From the human T2T-CHM13v2.0 reference genome, Homo sapiens, in NCBI RefSeq assembly GCF_009914755.1, contig NC_060937.1: 64,000 bases of DNA; one strand, written 5' to 3'. Made by a program: the position numbers and the translations under genes. The notes below the pieces were generated by a model. It made no database searches, was not told the origin of the DNA, and was given only the letters and a program-made list of their open reading frames with translations. Each line of letters starts with the position of its first letter. Within the stretch, counting starts at the first letter, position 1. Of the stretch, positions 56,596-64,000 are shown piece after piece.

Positions 56596-58739
56596 GTTGC
56601 AATTCCCCTAGTGATTTGAGAGCACTTGCCACAATGAGTGCTCAGAAAGTACCTGTGTCTTGTTGCAGATGGTCACATAATAAAGCAACAAGACAACCAG
56701 ATATTTAAGATAAATGAGAGACGTGCCCTTTGCCTTTCTGTTAGTATGGCCTCCAGCAGGTACCCGAGAACCCAACTGTTCCAAGCCTCTTGTGGAACTG
56801 TCCAGAGGAGGTTGCTTCTTAGAGACACTGATAGCAAATCACAGAGCCCGCCTGGTAGAGGCAGCTCACAGCAGCCCCCAGCGCACCTCTCTCCTAGTTT
56901 CGTCTCTCCACTGTTGTTAACCCTGTGGTCTCCTCCTCCAGGGCCCACAGTGAGGGGCAGCCCCAGCCACTGGAGAGCCAGTGAGACACGCCATGGACAG
57001 TTCCTGAGTCTTGGCCCAAATCTACCAAGAAACTAATTTCAATGGTGTCTTAAGCCTCCATTTTTGTTTTCAAAAGGCATAAAACGTTGTATACATTTTT
57101 GCATCATTGACTCAGAGGGGAGGTACTAGGGTGTTTTAAACAAACATTTGTTTACACAGCAGAGAACCCCATGCCAGCCACTGGGCAGACCCTCAGCTGT
57201 GGCTCCCTGGGAACATTGCAGGTGTCCAGCAACCCCTGGTGGCTCTGCCTTTTCCAGCCTTTGAGCTGAGCTCACAGGTGATCACCTCCATCAGCCTCGG
57301 TCCTGCTGACCTCATGAGATGGTTGAGGTCGTAGGGCTCGCTCATTTAGAATATGTCTTGTCCTTCTTTTTTCATTATCAGGAGACTAAGATCCATGAGG
57401 GAGAGGCCTTCATTTTGTTTCCCAGCTCAGATAGGAGGCCACACACATTGCCTAAAAACCCACAGAAAATGGAATTGAGTTGTCAAGGCAGGACATAGTT
57501 GGGAAAACAAGCAGAAACTCATTTTAAATGTAACCAGGACTTTCTTTTCTCAGTTTCATCCAACTCTAACATCTAAGCCCTCCTTGCATTTCAAAATCAT
57601 TTCTGCTAAAAGGTAAATTTTATTACAGAATTTTAGCTTTGCATGTATCCTGTTGGTTTTAAATAAAGTCCAGTTTCTAAAATGAGATCTAGTTTCACAT
57701 TACCTTGTTCTGTTATCAAGCCAATTAAAAAGCAGAAGGTAGGCATGCAGATTGTAGTTAAATCCCAAATAATTGGATTTCTTGGGACTGTGAGGTGTTT
57801 GAGTTATTTTAATTACTGAGATAACACTAACTCTTACTGTTTTAACCCTTGTTGGAAACACTTCTCAGCTGTGATACTTTGCTTCCTTCCCTTGGTGGCT
57901 CTAAGCTGATGATGGCTGAGCTCTTGCATGTCAACGTCACCTGCTCAATTACCGTCACCCCCTGTTGTCCACTCAACGTGTACCTACAATAGAATGTACC
58001 CTGGAAGTACTTGGGCTGTTTCCTTTAACCTAGATTTCTGATGTGAGTTTTTGGTGAGTGATTCTTTTCTGGTTCACTCATTGAACAAACATCTGAGTGC
58101 TTGCTTTAATTCACAGGCGACTTGGATTCAAAGATAATTAGAACAGTCTTAACCCTTGAGGGACTTGTAAGTAACTACACGGATTTGTAATCTAGTAATT
58201 AGAGTGAGAGTGAGAGGCCTATAATCTTATTATCTGGACTCCAGTTAATTCTAGCAGATCAGGAGTTCACGGTACGATGGATTAAGAAAAGAATGACCTG
58301 AAAAAAGTTTAAATTAAATATAGTAAGTTTTATTGAAGATTTATTTAATCACTTTCTATTATTTGTTTAATTGTTTTCTAATTTATTTGTCATTTACTCA
58401 TTTTTTTCATTTCGGAAAAGATCCAGTGTAGTTTGCAGTAAAGGGCACAGGATTATAGAGATAAAAATCTGAGTAATAGAAGAGAGAAGCATGACAAAAC
58501 TAGGCTTAGAGCTTCTTGGCTAAAGGTAGAAGAAGAAACACACTCAAGGGAAAAAAAGAGCCTGCCATTGCATCAGGAGAGAGAAACTTATTTCCTAGCA
58601 CAAATGTTAAAGACTTTAATTCTGTAAATTTTAAAAAGTTGTATTGAGCAACATAATTGACAATTACTTTAATTATGTGTCTTAATTTTTTTCTGACAAT
58701 GAAATAATTAGTTTAAAATGTGGGGATATGGAAAGTCTT

Positions 58740-59720
58740 TTTTAGTATGACATAAAACCTAGAAACATTTTTAAATGACAAAATTACATAAAATCACATA
58801 AAAATTTAAAACTTTCTACAATGAAAGACATCATAGAGTTGAGGAAGATGATAAACTGATAGAAAATGCTGCAACAAACTGTGAATATACATGCAGTTTA
58901 AACAACCCCTGAAAATCATAAGCAAAAAACAACTTAATTTGAAAAACAGGTAAAGATATGAATGCATATTTTACACACTAGAAGTACAAAGTGGTCAATG
59001 GCTATAAACATATGAAAAGATATTCAAATTTACTAATAACTAAACATATTCCCTTTTTAGAATGAGATACAGTCTTTTTAATACTGGATTATAAACCTTT
59101 AAAAAGATTTATTACATCCAGCGTTGGTAAGAATGTGGTACACAAACACTCTTGTAGTGTTAGTGAGAATATAAATTGGTACACTCTTTTGAGAGCAATT
59201 TGCCAATAACTATGAAAATTTATGTGACAAGTAATCCAGTATTTCTACTTCTAGGACCCTCTCAAAAACATCCTTGTTCAAGCAATAATGATATATGTGC
59301 AGGAACTTTCTATGCAGCATTGGTTACAATGCTAAAAAAGTTGGAAACAATCTAAATATCTGTCAATATGGAAATATGTAAATAAGTTATGATATAGCCA
59401 TTTAATAAATGCTTATGTAGTTATTAAAAAATGAGATAGATCTACATGAATTACATGGAAAGATGTCCATAACATGTCATTAAAGGTAGAAAGCTATAGA
59501 ACACAATCTCATTATTATAAAACTGAAATAAAATAAATCATTTTATGTATGCCTTTTTGTAAATTTATAGAAAAAGTTGGAAAATATCATTTAAATAGCC
59601 AAGAGCCATTATCAGTGTGGTGTTCAATTGGAGGAAAAGTTGTAATGAGGAAAAAGAACTTTCATTTTTAAATTTTGTTCTTTCTATATTGTCAGAATTT
59701 TTCCAGACATGTTTCAATTC
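58740..59720 (+). mobile_element. Ancient L1ME remnant
   Basis: taaacatatgaaaagatattcaaatttactaataa ... ttggaaacaatctaaatatctgtcaata ... acatggaaagatgtccataacat. Confidence 0.7.
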
Positions 59721-60160
59721 TTGCTATAAAATATATACAGATAATTGAATAAAAAGGATAATAATTTGTTCTAAGGAAAGAGCATGAAGGTTACAGAAAA
59801 AAATGAAACAAAAATATCTCAAAGCCTCACAGTTTATCATTAGACACTAATAACATATATTGGTATATTTCCTTCCAGTCTTTTCTCTATATGGGTATGA
59901 TTTTTTTCATACCTCAGTTATTCTTTATGTATAGTTCTGTATCCTGCTTTTACAGTTAACGTTATATCCTAATAATTTTCCAATATCATGATAAATATGT
60001 GAAAAGGTTCTTTTTAATGATGTTGTAATAACTGCATATTGATTAACCATAGTTTGGAGAACTGCTCGTCTCCTGTTCATTTAGGTTGCTTTCAGTATTT
60101 CACTATCATGAAACAATGAAGTACAATTAATTTAATAAATTTATTTTGCAAAATCATATT

Positions 60161-60687
60161 TGTTAGGGGTTTTCAAGACTATTTTCAGGCTTGATGATTT
60201 CCCTAGAAGGGCTCATAGGACTTAGAAGTTGGTATATTTATGATTATAATGTATTACAATGAAAGGATACAGAGTAAAATCACCAAAGGGAAAAAGCTCA
60301 TGGGGCAAAGTTCAAATGAAACAAGGCACAAGTTTCCAAAAGTCCTCTCTCAGTGGAATCACACAACATATACTTCATATTTCCAGCAATGATGTGTGAA
60401 AACATGAACAGATTTTGCCATTGAGGGAAAAACATCTGAGCCTGATTGTCCAGGGTTTTTGTTATGGATCAGTCACACATACACACAGCATCTTTTCTAT
60501 GTGTAAACTAGGCAAATTGATGCAGTATGGCTCAGGACCTTGGGCATGCAAAATGCTCTTGTGAGTTAGAACATTTAAAAGCCCAGCTCTCAGGAGCTGG
60601 CCAGTGGCCAGTCATGAAACAGGCTCTTCTTGGAAATGTGCAGGGTTTAAGCAATTCAAGCCTGCTTAGTTATTCCTTTCCTACACA
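60161..60687. mobile_element. MER77/MER21-like ERVL LTR
   Basis: gatgatttccctagaagggctcataggact ... gaaaggatacagagtaaaatcaccaaaggg ... caagcctgcttagttattcctttcctacaca. Confidence 0.7.
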
Positions 60688-61319
60688 ATGAGGCACAGGT
60701 TTCCCATATGTTCTTAGGATGCATTCTTAAAAGTGGAAATGCTGAGTCATCTGAAGTATGTCTTTGAAAATAACATATTGACTGGCTGTTGCCTTTTTTT
60801 TTTTTACTTTTATTATTTTTAATTCACACAATTGTATGTATGTATAGGGCACAGTGTGACATTTTGATACATTATACAGTGTAATAATCAAATCAGAGTA
60901 GTGTATTAATCACCTCAAATATGTATCATTTCTATGTGTTAGGAACATTCAAAATCCAATCTTCTAGCTATTTGAGAATATCCAGAAATTGTTGTTAATT
61001 ACAGTCATCTTATAGTGCCATAGAACACTAGAACTTACTCCTCCTATCTGGATGTACTTTTGTATCCATTAACCAACTTCTTCCTATACTCCCCTACCCC
61101 CTACCTTCCCCACCTCTAGTGACCACTATTCTACTCTCTCCTTCTATGAGATCAACCTTTTTAGCTTCCACATGTTAATGAGAACATTTAGTATTTATCT
61201 TTGTGTGCTTGGCTTATTTCACTTATAAAATAATGTCCTACAAGCTCATCCATGTTGCTGCAAGTAACTGAATGTTGTTCTTTTTTATGGCTACATAGTA
61301 TTCCATTTGTATACATACC

Positions 61320-61684
61320 TGTATTAGTCCATTTTCATACCACTATGAAGAAATGCCCAAGACTGGGTAATTTATAAAGCAAAAGAGGTTTGTTTAATGG
61401 ACTCAACAGTTCCCCATGGCTGGGGAGTCCTCACAATCATGGTGGAAGGTGAAAGAGGAGCAAAGGCATTTCTTACATGACAGCAGTCAAGGGAGTGTGT
61501 GCAGCGGAACTGCATTTTATAAAACCATCAGATCTCATGAGACTTACTATCATGAGAACAGCACGGGAAAAACTTGCCCCCATGATTCAATTACCTCCCA
61601 CCGGGTCCCTCCCATAACATGTGGGGATTATGGTAGCTACAATTCAAGATGAGATTTGGGTGGGGACACAGCCAAACCATATCA
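61320..61684 (-). mobile_element. THE1B solo LTR
   Basis: tgtattagtccattttcatac ... gacacagccaaaccatatca. TSD atacc/ttacc. Confidence 0.93.
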
Positions 61685-61869
61685 TTACCACATTTTCCTT
61701 ATCTGCTAAATGAACACTTAGGCAGATTTTATACCTTGGCTGTTGTGACTGGTACTGCTGCCATAAATTTGGGAGTGCAGATATCTCTTGAACATACTGA
61801 TTTCCTTTCCTTTGGATATATACCCAGCAATAGGATTGCTGGATCATATGGTAGTTCTATTTTTAGGTT

Positions 61870-62170
61870 TTTGTTTGTTTGTTTGTTTGTTTGTTTGTTT
61901 GTGAGACAGGGTCTCACTCTGTCACCCAGGCTGGAGTGCAGTGGTGCGATTATGGCTCACTGCAGCCTGGACCTCCCTGGGCTCTGGTGATCCTCCCACC
62001 TGAGTGGTTGGGATTACAGACACACACCACCATGCTTGGCCAATTAAAAAAAATTTTTTTTTTGTAGAGATGGGGTCTTGCTACATTGTCCAGGCTGGTC
62101 TTGAACTCCTAGGCTCAAGCAATCCTCCCACCTTGACCTCCCAAAGTGGCATTAGCCACAACCCCCAGCC
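61870..62170 (-). mobile_element. AluJ with (GTTT)n tail
   Basis: gattatggctcactgcagcc and tttgtagagatggggtcttgctac. Flanking duplication tatttt(t/c)agg. Confidence 0.88.
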
Positions 62171-63540
62171 TATTTTCAGGTTTTTGAGAACCTTCCATAC
62201 TGTTTTCCATAGTGGCTATACTAATTTCCATGCCCACCAAGTGTGTAAAAGTTCCTCATTCTCTATGTTCTCACCAATGTTTGTTACTTTTTGTCTTTTT
62301 GATGATGACCATTTTAACTGGGATGAGATGACCTCAGTGTGGTTTTGATTTGCATTTCCCTGATGATTACTGATGTTGAACATTTTTTATATACCTGGTG
62401 GCCATTTGTATATCTTTTCTGAGGGTTGTCTATTCAGCTCATTTGTTCATTTATTAATTGAATTATTTTGATGTTTACTGTTGAGTTGTTTAAGTTCTTT
62501 TTATATCCTGGATATTAATCTCTTGTTGGATGAATCATTTGCAATTTTTTTCTCCCATTCTGTAGGTTGTATCTTCAGCCTGTTGATTGTCCCATTTACT
62601 GTGCAGAAGCTTTTTAGTTTTACATAATTCTGTTTGTATATTTTTGCTTTTGTTGCCTGTGCTTTTGAGGTATTCGCCATAAAATCTTTGCCCAGACCAA
62701 TGTCCCGAAGTATTTCTCCTATTTTTTCTTCTAGTATTTTCATAGTTTCAAGTTTTACATTAAAGTCTTTAATTTATTTTGAGTTTATTTTTATATATGG
62801 TGATGGGGTCTAGTTTCATTTTTCTGCATATGGATGTATAGTTTCTTAATATCATTTAATGAAGAGACTTGCATTTTACCTAATGAATGTCCTTGGCATC
62901 TTTGTCTTACATGTAATATTCTGTTGACAATTGAAAGGATGCATAAGTATTTTAGATACCAGGCATATAAATAACAAAAATATTTTATGAAAGTCGTTTC
63001 TTATTTCCTTTTTAAAAAAGATACGTTTGTTAAGAACTGTATGCATCATGCAGTATTCTTAGGGCTTTGTATATTCAACTTCTGATGCTCAAGGAAGCTG
63101 TAGTTTAGAGAAATTAAGTAACCCCCACACCCCTAGTCATACAACTTCTTTGTAGCAGGAATCAACCTAAGCCTGTTGGCCTTTAAAACCTATAGACTTA
63201 ACTTCTGCTATTTAAATATTCTTACTTCGATGGAAGCCAATTAATTGCATTTTACTGAAGTTACCTTGATTGAAAAATATGACTTAGAGACTTAGTTATT
63301 CTTGCTAGTTACCTTACATATAGTTTCCCAACTCCCCTACAGTAATTCTGAGGTCTGTTTACACTTGTCCCTCTTAGGGGTTTCAGATGCAGGCGAAGAG
63401 CTAATGCCCTGTCCTAAACATGTTTGAGGTATATGATCCACTCCTATAATATTGATTTCCTGTAAGTTCATAATGATCATTGAGATCAGTGTGATAACAA
63501 TGGAAAGTGTTGCGGATTTAGTGCTAATGAGTATATGTGT

Positions 63541-63565
63541 ACACACATACACACACACACACACA
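63541..63565 (+). repeat. Interrupted (CA)n microsatellite
   Basis: acacacatacacacacacacacaca. Confidence 0.9.
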
Positions 63566-64000
63566 AAACATGCTATTCAGTGCTGTGTAAAAGAAAGGCT
63601 CTCAAGTATTCCTGAAACTTAGTTTTAGTCATGTAGTGGTTCTTCCTCTCAAAATTTTTATGAAAAGTTTTTCTGCTGTTCATATGTCAAATACAAAATC
63701 TCTTCAGTGCATTGATCCATATAATTTTACACTAATAGTGGGGCTGTACCTGTTGACTTTTCTAACTGGCTTGCACTGTTGTAGCAAATAGGAAAATACT
63801 TGCAGCTGCAAATATTGATTTGAAGATGAATTCTTGTCAATATGCCCTCTGATTCTGTCATATTGGTATGATGCGTTGTAGAAAATAAAATTCCTTTATT
63901 CAGACTAAGGTACAGAAGGATTTCTAGTAGTTGTATAAAAAATGAGTAACTGATACATTATTATTTGAGTTCCTCTCTACCTAAGGAAAAACATTCCCTG

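Larger units (their letters stand above)
60795..62850 (-). mobile_element. L1MA (MA6/7-like) with nested THE1B and AluJ
   Basis: 3'UTR gtgacattttgatacat ... gaacattcaaaatcc. Minus-strand ORF2 remnant KILEEKIGEILRDIGLGKDFMANTSKAQATKAKI. Confidence 0.87.

Noticed and set aside
56985-57004. ccatggacagttcc, REST/RE1-like (also ggacagcatcc near 36036)
   Set aside because: Right half-site only; the TCAGCACC left half is missing.

Overview
Human genomic DNA, as shown by a human-specific AluYa5 and primate L1PA/THE1/MST elements. The window is almost entirely intronic sequence of a + strand gene. One coding exon is supported: 47377-47538 (162 nt, phase 1-1), encoding [55 protein letters not shown], which I recognise from memory as MTUS2 (TIP150/CAZIP, 13q12.3). 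It carries an SxIP-like EB1-binding motif (SLLP). The rest is repeat-rich: 14 Alus, L1PA/PB/MA/MB/MC/ME fragments, L2, MIR, MaLR and ERVL LTRs including a two-LTR MST element, and the DNA-transposon relics MADE1, MER85, MER20 and MER5. Nearly all ORFs in the supplied track are spurious or repeat-derived. I found no convincing previously undescribed system. The best leads are the splicing context of the SxIP exon, a near-consensus AluYa5 forming an inverted pair, a twin-primed L1, candidate SETMAR (MADE1) and CSB-PGBD3 (MER85) sites, a sense THE1 LTR with a mutated poly(A) signal, and a candidate spliced antisense RNA. Repeat subfamily calls were made by eye from remembered consensus features, not RepeatMasker. 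Boundaries of old repeats are approximate.
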